The notes beneath the pieces were generated by a model, which made no database searches, was not told the DNA's origin, and saw only the letters and a program-made list of their open reading frames with translations. A DNA stretch of 64,000 nt from Dimorphilus gyrociliatus (Eukaryota; Animalia; Annelida), in NCBI GenBank assembly GCA_904063045.1, contig CAJFCJ010000092.1, positions 7,833 to 71,832 of the forward strand. Reading direction: 5' to 3'. Positions within the stretch are counted from its first letter, which is position 1; every line of letters starts with the position of its first letter. A program made the position numbers and the translations under genes. Shown one piece after another: positions 24,913-36,900 of the stretch.

Positions 24913-27900
24913 ATGGATTTTGAAAAATTAAAAAAACTTTCAAGTTTAATAGAAAACTCTTGGACTAATATAATCAATGATAGAAAAAAATATGTTTTGG
25001 AGCAGTTTGAAACTAATCAAATATTTCGGGAATGTAAAACTTCAAGAAATATTAATAATATATTCACACCTGTTCAATTAACGCCTTGTCAAACTTTTAT
25101 AGATAATATAGATTTTAGCAATATTAAAAACTTTCAAGAGATATTCATTGATGGAGGAGAAAGAATTTTAATCTGTGGAGATGCTGGAATAGGTAAAACT
25201 TATCATTCAATGAAAATGCTGTATACATGGGCTTGTGAGGAAAACTTTCTCAATGATTATCTTCTCTTGTATGTCAAACTAGGAGATATAGAGAACAATG
25301 TACAATTTGAAAATGTTCTATTTGCAAATAATTTTAAAACAGGTTCATTATTGAGTGGTGATCTTTTAAAATATTTTCTCACCTATGAACATATGAGTAC
25401 CAGAGTTAAAATTCTATTATTGTTTGATGGAGGCGATGAACTAAAACTTGAACATTCAACATTCAATTTAATGTTACAAAATAAAATACATTTAAACTGT
25501 CCAATAATTGTTTGGTCAAGAAATATAGCGAAAATAACAGAATTTTCATTTACTTATAATTATGTATTAAATATTCAAGGATTCCATCAGCGTCACTTGA
25601 AAAATTATTTCCATAACTTTTTCAAGCAGTCTCCGGCGTCACTCTCTCAGACTAACGGAAATTTTCAATGTTTAATGAATGGCAATGTTGAAAATGTTGA
25701 AAATATTGAAAAATCAGAAAGTTTATTTAAATTTTTAACTACAAAAAAGAAAGAACTATTCAAGTTGTGTAATAATCCATCAATGGCTTGTATAATTGCT
25801 GGTCTATGGCAAGAAAATCAATTGGAAATGACACTAGATGAATATACTATATATGAGAATATAATGCAAATTTTCCTCTCTAAAAGGGGTATACATTATG
25901 AAAGTGAAACTTACAAAGAAATTTTAGATTATTCATCTAAAATTGCTTTTGAAAATTTACTTTATAATAAAAAAATTATAGAGAATCATATTATAGAAAG
26001 ATCAGATTGTATAGGTGGAATTCTGAAACCTTTTAATTCAAGATCAACATGCACAAATCATCTTTATGAATTCACATTTATACATTTCTTATTTAAAGAT
26101 TTTCTAGCAGCAAGATATATTATTGGTCAATATGAATTTTTCAAAAATCATTGCCAAAAGATTCACTCAATAGAGGAGGCTTTTGCTGATTTTAAAAATC
26201 TATTCCTATTAAAATATGCTTTGGATTTGATTCAGGAAACTAATTTGGAGATATTTAATGCTATTGCTAAAGATAGGAAAGAAATTTTTGCAGTATTGGA
26301 AACTGATGAACAAATTATTCAAGTTATTAAAAGTAGAGATTCGCAATTGGTTCAACTTGAAAAGATAACATTAGAATTGACCTTATTTCAAGTTATCCTT
26401 GATCATTATCAATACAACATTACAGATATACATTTTAAATACGTCAATTTAAATCTACCTTCTTTCATGTATCTTTGTAGAAGGTATTTAAAAAACAAGT
26501 TGGAATGTTTAAATCTATTTGGTGGTGTTGAAGATTCAACTCCTATTCAACATCTTTACGATTTAATATCCGATATGAAACATTTACAAGTTTTAAGCAT
26601 TGCCAACATCTATTTTGAAGGCTCTGTATATTCACCATTCTATATAGAAACTTATACTCTACAAGAATTAACCTTAATTAATTGTAATTTGAAAAACTGT
26701 TCATCAAATTTCTTCAATATGAGACTTCAATGCCTGAATAGTTTAAATTTGTCGCATAATCAATTTACAGGTATAATTATAATTAATTTTGTATTATACT
26801 CAATAATATTCTCTATTCATTTGCTGAACAGATGAAAGTCTCAACAGTCTATTTGAAATGTTAGAAAATAGTAGATATTTATTATTTTTAAAGTTGTCAC
26901 AATGTCCTTCCGTTTCGAATAGAATAGATAAAGTTTTAAAATTTTTACAAACTTCTATGAGAATTTCTTCATTGAGCTATTCAGAGAATAGAATTCCTGG
27001 CCAATATGGTTATAAATTATTCAATATCTTGACTGAAAAATTTACCAATATGACTTGTATACAAATCAATAATTGTGCATCGGAATTTGATTCAAATACT
27101 TTTAATCATTTTTTGGAAAGAAATAAAAAACTAAAAGTTTTGGAATTAAAAGGAAATTATCTAAAAGAAAATAACAATCATTCATTTTTAAAAAATCTAA
27201 TGTTATCCAATTCATTGGCTTATCTATCACTTCCAAAAATTGATAATCGGGAGCAGAACAGCCAAAGTAATACTTCAATATTTGGTGATGTTGTATCTTT
27301 ATTAGATTTGCAAGCATTAGATATTGGTGGAAATTCACTTCAAGATGCTTTTATACAAGAATTTTTGATAAAAGTCTTAAAAACTTCAGAGAATTTACAA
27401 TATTTATATTTATATAATTTAGAAACTTTTAAAAAGAAAATAACTTATACATCTCATTATATAAGCAATTTTGATGAAAATTTTCAAGTACAAAATCACA
27501 AGAATAAACAGGAAACTAATATAAACAATCATTTTTTAAATAGAATAGTACAGTCTCTCGAAAGGAAATCTAAATTAACAGAGTTGAATTTGCAGAATAA
27601 TCCTCTTGGAATTGATCCTGGAAAGAGGTTATTTGAATTTATTATTTACAATTGTCAAGAATTGACTATATTATCTTTAAGTGACTGTCAAATTGATCTT
27701 AACATTGGACATCTTGTTGGTGAAGCTATTGGAAAGCAAACTAGACTGGTTCAGTTAAATTTACAGAATAACCCTCTAGGAACGGCAGTTGGGAGTAGTT
27801 TATTTAAATGTATTAAGGAAAATTGTGCACTACTGGAAGAGATATACTTAAGTAATTGCGAATTTGACTCAAATATAGGAAATGTCCTTGGGGAAGCAAT

Positions 27901-29947
27901 TGGAAGACAATTTGGACTCGCAGTACTAGATTTGAGTAAAAATCCGCTAGGAACGGAAGTCGGAAACAGTCTCTTTGCAAATATTAAGGAAAACTGTACG
28001 GAATTAATAGAAATTTACTTGAGCGATTGTCAATTTGATTCCAAGATTGGTAATATTATTGGTGAGGCAATTGGAAGACAATCTAGGCTGATGGAATTGA
28101 ACTTACAAAATAATCCTCTTGGAACAACAGTTGGAAAGAGCATATTTGAAAATATTAGGGACAACTGTACACAATTGACTGTAATAAGTTTGAGCGATTG
28201 TCAATTTGACTCGAATATTGGAGATATTGTTGGTGAAGCAATTGCAAGACAAACTTTGTTGGCTCAATTGTATTTGCAGAATAATCCTCTTGGTTCGGCA
28301 GTTGGACACAGAATATTTAAAAAAATTAAAGAAAACTGTACAGAATTGGTTGTCATCAATTTAAAAGATTGCGAATTCGATTCAAATATTGGTAATATTG
28401 TTGGTGAAGCAATTGGAAGGCAACATGCGCTATCTCAATTGTTCTTGTATAAAAATTCTCTTGGATCAGAGGTTGGAAAGGGGATATTCGAGAATATTAA
28501 AAAAAACCTTACACAATTAACACTAATTTGCTTGAACGATTGTAAATTCAACACACACATTGGTTCAATTGTTGGTGAAGCAATTGGAAAGCAATCTACT
28601 TTAAAAGTGTTGAATTTAGGGAATAATTCTCTTGGAACAGATATTGGCAAATGTTTATTCGAAAATATTAAAGAGAATTGTAAAGATTTGGAAATAGTGG
28701 GTTTAAGAAATTGCGAATTTGATTCAAATATTGGTGTTATTGTTGGCGAAGCAATTGGAAAACAAACTAAATTGGTAGAATTAAATTTACAATTCAATTC
28801 TCTTGGAACAATTGTTGGAAAGAGTATTTTTGAAAATATTAGAGATAATTGCAGACAATTGACTGCAATATGCCTAAGTGATTGCGAATTTGATTCGAAT
28901 ATTGGTACAGTCGTTGGAGAAGCAATTGGAAAACAAAGTAAACTTGCTGAATTGAATTTACAAATTAATCCTATTGGAACATTTGTGGGACATGGATTAT
29001 TCAAAAGTATAAAAGAGAATTGTAGGCAATTGGTAGGAATTTACCTAAGTGATTGCGAATTTGATTCGAATATTGGTACTGTTGTTGGTGAAGCAGTTGG
29101 AAAACAATCTAAACTGAGTAAGTTGAATTTAGAGAGTAATCCTCTTGGACCAATTGTTGGAAAGAGTCTATTCCAGAACATAAGAGACAATTGCACAGAA
29201 TTGACTGTAATATGTCTAAGCGATTGTCAATTTAATTCAGAGACAGGCGTTATAATTGGTGAAGCGATTGGCAAACAGCCAAATTTAAATATGCTATATT
29301 TACAAAATAATCTTCTTGGAACAATAGTTGGAAATAGTATTTTTACAAATATAAAAGATAATTGTCAACAATTGAAACTCTTGTATTTAAGCAATTGCGA
29401 ATTTGATTCGAATATTGGCGTTGTTGTAGGTGAAGCTATTGGAAAGCAATCTAAACTTCACAAATTGAATTTACAGAATAATCCTTTTGGAACAATTGTT
29501 GGAAAGAGTATATTTGAAAACATTAAAGAGAACTGTACAGAATTAAGAATAATATGTCTAAGTAATTGTAAATTCGATTCAAATATTGGTACTATTATTG
29601 GTGAAGCAATTGGAAAACAACCTAAACTCAATGAATTGGTATTATATGAAAATTCCCTTGGCTCAGCAGTTGGAAAAAGTATCTTTGAAAATATTGATAA
29701 TAAATGTAGAGAAATGACTTTAATATGTTTAAGTGATTGCAATTTCGATTCAAATATTGGTATTATTGTCAGTGAAGCAATTGGAAAACAATCCAAGCTC
29801 AATAAATTGTATTTACACAATAATCACTTTGGACCAGCATTTATAGATATGCTATTTCGACATATTAATGAAAGATGCTCCAGATTGAATGTGCTATATT
29901 TAAGTAAAAGTGAAATTGAGTCGGATACTGAATTTGATTTTATATGA
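24913..29947 (+). CDS. NACHT-LRR (NLR-like) protein 2, ~1657 aa, exons 24913-26770 and 26832-29947
   Basis: Walker A GDAGIGKT, Walker B LLLFDGGDEL, CNNP, and WH motif FIHFLFKDFLAARYI. A phase-1 intron at 26771-26831 joins the two ORFs in frame. A 5' UTR intron lies at 24814-24884. Confidence 0.92.
27575..29900 (+). repeat. Coding tandem array of 13 complete plus 1 partial 171-bp (57-aa) RI-type LRR pairs
   Basis: Consensus LxxLNLQNNPLGTxVGKSIFENIKENCxxLxxIxLSDCxFDSNIGxIVGEAIGKQxK. The GEAIG codons recur at 171-bp spacing (27722, 27893...), and unit 14 starts at 29798. Confidence 0.95.
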
Positions 29948-30938
29948 TTTATACATTATCTTCTTTCAAAGATAACATTTAATTGTCTTGTAGATTATCT
30001 ATACAATTCAGTAAAGACTAATGTTAATAAAGACGCCATTTTTATGGTGTTACTTACACTTTTAATAGTTTTACATTGATTACTCTTATTCAATAAATAC
30101 TTTCCTTTAAGAATTTAAGATATCTAGATATTTCATTTACACTTATCAGCATTATTAAAGATAACGATTTCGATAATATTAAGAAATTACGCATTTTAAA
30201 AATGTCAAATTGTGCAATAAGAACAATTGAAATGAAATCAAAATTCAAAACACTTGAATATCTTTACATAAACCAATCGAATATTCATTTATAGAATCAA
30301 GGATTAAATTGAAAGGTCTTGAAATTTTAAAGAGATTTATGGAGATAAATTCCAAATTTGTTGTCGAATATTATTTTGGAGTTTTCGTATTGTAGGCCTA
30401 ATTGGAAATATAATTTCTTTTTACTTGAACGGACGCCATTTTGTATAACAATAATTTTCTGCATAGTGTTATCAGCGCTTCCGCTAACTCATAACAAAAG
30501 TCCTATATCTATAATAAATTGAATTGAATGATAAAAATGATATTATCCTACTTGGTAATCTTTTTAATCAACTTTTATCTGAAAATCATCCATGAAATTG
30601 GTGTTTTCTATCCAATTTCTTTTTCATTTTTTTGCATATTCAAACAAAGAAAAATTAGTTTTTAAAACAGCACTTTTTATTAATAATTAATAATAAAAAT
30701 TAAGTGAATATATTTGAATTTTTAATATAGAAATATTTTCAAGCTTATTTTCTAGACAAGAATCATGTCACATTCTCAGATTGAAGTGTAAAAGTAATGG
30801 AAAAAGTGCTTTCAAACTACAATTTTTGAACAGTTAAACGAAATATAACTCGATTTCTTTTTAAATTTTTAAACAGTGTTCTTTAATCTTTCTGTAAAGA
30901 TATTTTAGAGTCCAGAGACGGATTAGCAGACTAATGGA

Positions 30939-33080
30939 TTATATCAAGCCGACTTCGCACACCTCAACTGGAAAAGTTGGAATGGTATTCTTCAGAATTG
31001 TAATCATTATCTGCCCTATTATATCTTCATTTTTTCTACAATCAAAGTTATATTTCCATTTATTATCGCCCTCTAATTGATTTATTGTAGAAAGAAAGCA
31101 AAACTTTGATTGTTGAGTACCATCTTTCGTTAGAAGAAAGTAAATATTTATAGAGCTTTTATCAATCAGTTGATAGTTTAAAATAACTGAAACCATATGT
31201 TTTATAATGCCAAATACGGTTTTCTTTTGTTTAGTAACTACTAAAGTATATGGATATTCATTAATTGACAAGCATGTAGTTAAATTGTGATCTTTAAGAA
31301 TATCTAAAGCATGTGATTGAGAACAGGAGTAAGAATGTAAAAGATTTATCTTTAAATCACTATTTTTTACATTTTCTAGACTATTGACTCTAAATACAGA
31401 TATTCTCGAATCATCCGTATTACTTACACCAATTTTGATCACGTTATCAGTTAGTGGAGAATTTTCAGTGTAGAGAATATCTACTCCACGAATTCTACCT
31501 TTACCAAATGTTACGCCATATGCGCTTAACGAAATCCAAAAATCTTTCCAAGTATTACAAGGTAAAAAATGTTCACTTGAATTTGCAGTTGCAATTACAT
31601 GACTCAATTTCCCATCGATAAAAATTCTTGTTTCCCACAAGCTTCCATTCGGGATCTTCATTTCAATTTTAATACTAGTTTGTCCAGTTGCATTCAGCAA
31701 TTCAAAAATGAATGAATGGCATTGTTCATTAGCTGAAAAATTGAGTAGTTTAACACCAAAGCTAATGAACGATAAATCAAGAATCTTCGAAGGAATGTAA
31801 TAAATTTGTTGAACAGTTGATTGTATTTCGAATTCTTTAGATGAAGGATATTCTGAAAGAAATTTTCTACATGAATATCTCATCAGAGTGTTGAAAATAT
31901 ACATTACTATGAGAATAAACTTGGAGGTATGCCAAACCAGGATTTCCTCCATTTTCAACATACAACTCTTTAATATATAATCCAAAACCGGTTTCAGTAG
32001 AATGTCCTTCATATTTAAAGCATTTTCTAAGCTTATTTTTCGGAAAATGTAAAATTTGTTGAAAACCTGAATTCCATTGAATTTGTATTTTAGAGAATAA
32101 TGTTAATCCTCCATAATCCCTAAAAAAAACAATAGGAGATTTAATAGCTGATGTTTAGTTTTCTTATTAAAAGAAGGCTTCCTTTTACCTTCCCGAAATG
32201 CATATAATTTCTGGTTGAATTTCAACTGGAAAAGTTAATTCATATCTTATATTGTAACAACTTGATCCATTGCAGTGCATTGAATAGTCACTTGAATAAT
32301 TGATAGGATTATCGTAATTTAACGCATTTTCGCACGGATAACCAACATAGTGTGGGGCTGAACAAGTTGAAATTTCTGCAAAATTTGTGTAATGTAAATC
32401 TTCTTCTTGAGCAGGATCGTCTAGGAGAAGGAAGAGACAAATTAGTTATGAAATGATGAAAATGTTTTCAAGTGAATATTACCACTATAAGCGTATGCTA
32501 TAATACTACCAATTCCCCTCTCCACAGATCCGTAGCCTTCAATTAAAGAAACTTTAATCCAGTTTGTTTGTTCACCAACCCGATCTGGTAGAAGGAAACA
32601 TTTTTGAAATTTATTCGCGTCCAGTTTATGAAGAGAATTTCTTCCATTGCTGTAGAAAATGTTCACTTTCTTTAATAAAAAATTTGCTGTTGCCAATCTT
32701 TGTTCAATACAGATTTCAGCAATATCGAAGGTTTGTTCAAATATAATTTTAATAATGGATTGGGAGCACATCTGATAAGTTGAGCAAAGTGATGCCCAAT
32801 CCCTATGATTATACCATTGCGGTTCCAGAGCATTTTCACACGTATAGTTATTACCATTAAGACTGGCTTTCATATCACTAACGATGCAAGCTCCTCCATT
32901 TTTAATCCTACAAATATTTATCATTTTCCCGCCTGTATGGAAAGTAAACTCTATGTCTTTGCACTTATGTATAGTATAATAAGAAAGTAATAAGGACGAG
33001 TACAAACTGGTTTGAAAGGAGTGAATAGGTCCAATCAGAAAGGAAGATAACCAAATCCAGAGAAAGCAGCTCAGATTCAT
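30939..33080 (-). CDS. Secreted multidomain protein: two discoidin/F5-8-like modules, a farnesoic-acid O-methyltransferase-like (Methyltransf_FA) module and a C-terminal F-lectin-like module
   Basis: Signal peptide at 33080. A repeated CENAL motif occurs in ORF 32442 and in an unlisted exon at ~32420-32180. FLPCNTWKDFWISLSAYGVTFGKG resembles the Methyltransf_FA signature, and the C-terminus is VEVCEVGLI. Splice sites link the two ORFs. Domain names are recognised by eye. Confidence 0.6.
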
Positions 33081-33834
33081 AACAGCAATTTTTTCGGTAA
33101 AGAGATAGGAAAGATTAAGAGAGTGAATAAAACTCGTTGTTTAAATGTGCAAACACCTTAATGGACAGGGTAAAATACTGCAACAAATAAATCCATTAAA
33201 AGTAAATTACATCAGCAGAAGAGGGAACACTGTAAAAACATAAAAGCCTATACACAAGTGGCATTCACAATTTTTTCTTCTTCTCAGAACTCTTCTTTAT
33301 CTATTTAAGAACTATTGTTCAAATATTCAATGAATTCTCACTTATAACTTATTTTTATTCAATTCTCCTCTAATGGAATATATCAATTATTTATCTTTTG
33401 CTCAACTTATATTTCAATTTTGGGGTAAGAGTTCTGAAGTAAACTTTTGATCTTGTTTAAGGCCGTCGATGAACGGGATACAATTGATAAAATCCTATGG
33501 ATTATCCCATTAAGATCCCATAAAGTATTTCTCTTAGGAGGTTTAAATTGTTTGAGTATTTGGGAAGCAATCTAATATCAATAAATGGTGTTTAAACTGT
33601 TAAATATAGGATTTATGATCATATTTATTAAGATATTTATATTCAAACTGGTCACAATTGCGTTTGTATGTCTAATGAACAATAAAAATAATGATATTAT
33701 GCTTTTAAATTATAAAATAATAATTATTCTACTCTATTCAACTCGTTTTTCAACTCTCATAAATTCTCGTAAAAACTTCAACAATTTCGATTATTTTCTA
33801 TATTTTTCTATTTATTATTTTTTAATATTTACAG

Positions 33835-34067
33835 AAGATATTGAAAATTTTACAAATTTTGGCCATTTTGATTCGTTTGGCAACGATATTTCAGAAAGAT
33901 ATAATATAGATGATATACAATGTGGGAAAGTTTGCTACAAAATAGTTGCTTGTCAACTATTTGTTTATAATTTTATCCAGAATCGTTGCTTTCTTAAACA
34001 TACTGCTAATGCACCTTCTCAATGGATTTTGAAGAGCAATTTAATCTTGTATATAAGAGGTAAATAA
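33835..34067 (+). CDS. PAN/apple-domain exon of a small secreted protein (5' model unresolved)
   Basis: HFDSFGNDI...CGKVCYKIVACQLFVYNFIQNRCFLK fits the PAN C-x3-C-x4-C...C pattern. Acceptor CAG at 33832-33834 and possible donor GTAAAT at 34060. Confidence 0.6.
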
Positions 34068-34163
34068 ACACTTTTTACATCAATATTTTCATTCATACTC
34101 GTAAATCGATGACATAAGCTTTACAAACAATAACTCATATATACTATATATATATATATATAT

Positions 34164-34408
34164 GTAGTCGATGGGTGCATCGCCTAAATTTGGCAGCGAG
34201 CCAAATTTCCTTTACGTTACTTTATAATTCGTTAGGTCTATATATTTTAAACCTAACCATATTTCATTATCCTTTATCATTTTCGATACGTTATTACGTA
34301 TTATTACTGTTATATTTACTAGTATATACCTTAAATCTTTAACGCGTTGTATTAGTAAAGTCGGTGGAAATAGCTATAACCTACGTTCGCTACTCATTCA
34401 TCGACTAC
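34164..34408. mobile_element. 245-bp MITE with 10-bp perfect TIRs inside a (TA)n tract
   Basis: GTAGTCGATG at 34164 and its reverse complement CATCGACTAC ending at 34408, flanked on both sides by TA repeats. No coding capacity. Confidence 0.75.
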
Positions 34409-34420
34409 ATATATATATAT

Positions 34421-35438
34421 TATGGTCACCCAGAAAGTTCTCGCCGTTTTGCTGTAGTTTTAAAACGGTACACTGTAGGCCTATATTTTTTCATCATCAA
34501 TAGAAAGTGAATTGATTAATGTACTGTCACTAAAAACTTTCTCAACTTACAATCCCTGGTTCAAAAGTTATTGAGACTTTAGTTGTGGCACAGTATGGAT
34601 GATGGTATAAAGCAGAGAGTAATTATTCAATTTCTTGTATCACAACAAGTTATTGCAATCAATATTCATCAGCAATTGAAAGCTTTTTTTGGTAGTACAC
34701 TTAGTGAAGGTTCAGTAAGAAGGTGGGTTAGAGAATTTAAAGAAGGAAGAACAAATATTCTTGATAAAGACAGACCAGGACGCCCAAGAACAGCCAGTAA
34801 CAATGAAAATATGGACAGAGTTATGGCTCTAATCAGAGATAACATGAGAATAAGCCAGGCTGAGATATCTCAAACATTGAATATAAGCCATTCAGTTGTT
34901 GAAGATTTGATTGCAAGTCTTGGATTAAAAAAGATTGCCTCAAGATGGATTCCCTACCAATTTAATTGGGAACAAAAAGACATAAGGGTGGAAAGGTCTA
35001 CAGAATTCCTAATAAAAGTATGGTGAAGAAGGAGAGAATTCACATATTTGAATAAATTCAGAAATTTACATCAATATTCTAAAGCGATTAAAACAAAGAA
35101 TAAATAGAATCAGGCCTAATAGAGAAGTGATTTTTTTGCAAGACAATGCCAGATCTCATACCAGCCTACAAACAAGCCAATATCTTCAAACAACTGGATG
35201 GGTAATGCTGCCTCATCCAGCCTGCAGCCCAGATCTCGCTCTATCAGACTACTAGCTTTTCTAGAAATTAAAGGACCATCTTTATAGACAAATATTTGAA
35301 AATGATGATGAATTGAAAACAGCAGTAAGGGCATTTTTTAGGTCTGAGCTGCCTGAATACTTTGCCAAAGGAATTGATATGCTTCCAGCCTGGTGGCAAA
35401 CATGCATTGACAAAAATGGGGAATTTGAAGCTAAATAG
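34421..35438 (+). mobile_element. Decayed mariner (DD34D) element
   Basis: HTH region SVRRWVREFKEGRTNILDKDRPGRP, WIPYQF (WVPHEL-like), QDNARSH...CSPDLALSD with 34-residue D-D spacing, and C-terminal WWQTCIDKNGEF. It has internal stops, a deletion spanning the first Asp, and no right TIR was seen. Confidence 0.92.
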
Positions 35439-35531
35439 ACTATCTAAGACATTAATATTTATGAATAAGCATATTTTGTAATTTTTTTAACTGATGGATA
35501 AAACCGGTTATCAAATCATGTAATGTAGATA

Positions 35532-35684
35532 AAAGAAGATTTGTGGAGGGCAGTAGAGGAGGAGTTTCATCAAATTCCAAATTGGTATATTCAAAACTTG
35601 TTTAACAGTTTTCATGAGAGACTCAGACTTTGTATCCTTTTAAACCTGAATAGTGTTTATACTGAGTCAACTGAGGTTAAATGA
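35532..35684 (+). mobile_element. Tc1-like transposase C-terminal relic
   Basis: Translates as KEDLWRAVEEEFHQIPNWYIQNLFNSFHERLRLCI, typical of the Tc1 C-terminal helix pattern. Confidence 0.55.
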
Positions 35685-35952
35685 TGGTTTTATATGTGGT
35701 TATCTATTCAAGGTAGTGAATATAAAAATTAAGGTTATTTTTAGAAATCACATTTTGAAAATAGAGTGGTAACTATTCAATTAATTATTATAATTTACAT
35801 AATTATTTAATTTTATCCTATCATTTAAGATATTTAGTATTTTGAATCTCTAATTCATTTCAAGTAATTCACTGACAACTCAGTTTTAGCAAGCCCGGTA
35901 AACGTCATCTTCTAGTATTAGCCTATTACTAATATGTTGTATTAGTACAGAT

Positions 35953-36703
35953 ATGTTGGTTACGTATAATTTCAGTTTTTTTCTTTTGTGTTTCCTATTT
36001 ATGCTATTTACTCAGAGAATTTCCAAAATGTTCTCAGTTGAAGCTGTTTCCGTGAAAAAATATAATAATATCTGCTTAAAAGTACAATGTGAAATAGGTT
36101 ATGAACCTTTACCTTGCTCTGAAGATACTACTATCCATGGTTGTAGAAAATGTCCGTCAGAAACATTCAACGACCAAAGAGGGAGAAGATTTCTCATAAA
36201 GAAGGGAAAAGATTTATTTTGGGAAACAAAGAGCTGCCGTAAAAGGTTTGATAATTAAAATTCGAATATAAACTGGTACACATATTTATTAAATTTACAA
36301 GACGAAAGTGTTTAGGACAATTTGAAATGGTGTTTAAAAAAGGAAGTTTTAAAAGAAATACAGAGTGTAACTGTTCAAAAGAAGGATATGACTATAGTAC
36401 ATTAGAAGAAAAATGTGTAAAAGTAAAAGTTGCTGAGCAAGGTAAGTAGAAAGATGTAATGAATTATGTTTTTTCTCTTTAATTTCAATTGTATTGAATT
36501 TTTTAGAGGACAGTATGTATATTAACTTAATCTCTATACTAGTTACCTTCATCATTTTGGTACTGGTCGCAGTACTTTTTACAAAAAAAAGAAGTAATAG
36601 TTTGTGCAGCATTCATTCATTCATTAAAGTAAATTTATTAGGTCTAAAGATGATTTTTATTAGACAGAGATCTTTCATCTTCTCAACGTTTCCTTCTAAG
36701 TAA
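35953..36703 (+). CDS. TNF-receptor-like type I membrane protein with short cytoplasmic tail; exons 35953-36245, 36302-36441, 36507 to ~36703
   Basis: Signal peptide; CRD-like CEIGYEPLPCSEDTTIHGCRKCPSETFND and KCLGQF...GSFKRNTECNCSKEGY; TM LISILVTFIILVLVAVLFT. Intron positions and phases (2, 1) match the gene at 39307-42063. The exact tail exons are uncertain. Confidence 0.8.
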
Positions 36704-36900
36704 TCATTATAAAATTCTAATGAAAAAATATTAATAAATACGGCTGTTTTTTCAGAAGAAATAAGGAGGACGGTAGATATTCAATACTATCCACAAACTC
36801 ATACATGATTTCACTATCTAAGAATAGCTAACTAACTCCAATTCTCTCAATTTTATACTAAATTTCAACTTCTTTCCAGACATTAAATACTGTTCACGTC

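Noticed and set aside
28103-29820. Minus-strand ORFs 28103..28309, 28435..29004 and 29458..29820 with repetitive translations
   Set aside because: They are antisense shadows of the 171-bp LRR array and have no independent motifs.
27575-29900. Regular repeat array as a CRISPR-like locus
   Set aside because: The units are in-frame 57-codon protein repeats without unique spacers, there are no cas genes, and the context is eukaryotic.
33585-33834. Hydrophobic N-terminal half of ORF 33585..34067 as a multi-pass membrane region
   Set aside because: It is AT-rich intron-like sequence read through in frame and ends in a polypyrimidine-CAG acceptor.
34059-35951. Splicing of the PAN exon to the TNFR-like gene across the transposons (phases are compatible)
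   Set aside because: The TNFR-like gene has its own signal peptide and a nearer candidate donor at ~35898 giving a typical ~53-bp UTR intron. A 1.9-kb intron would be atypical here. RNA-seq would be needed to revive this model.
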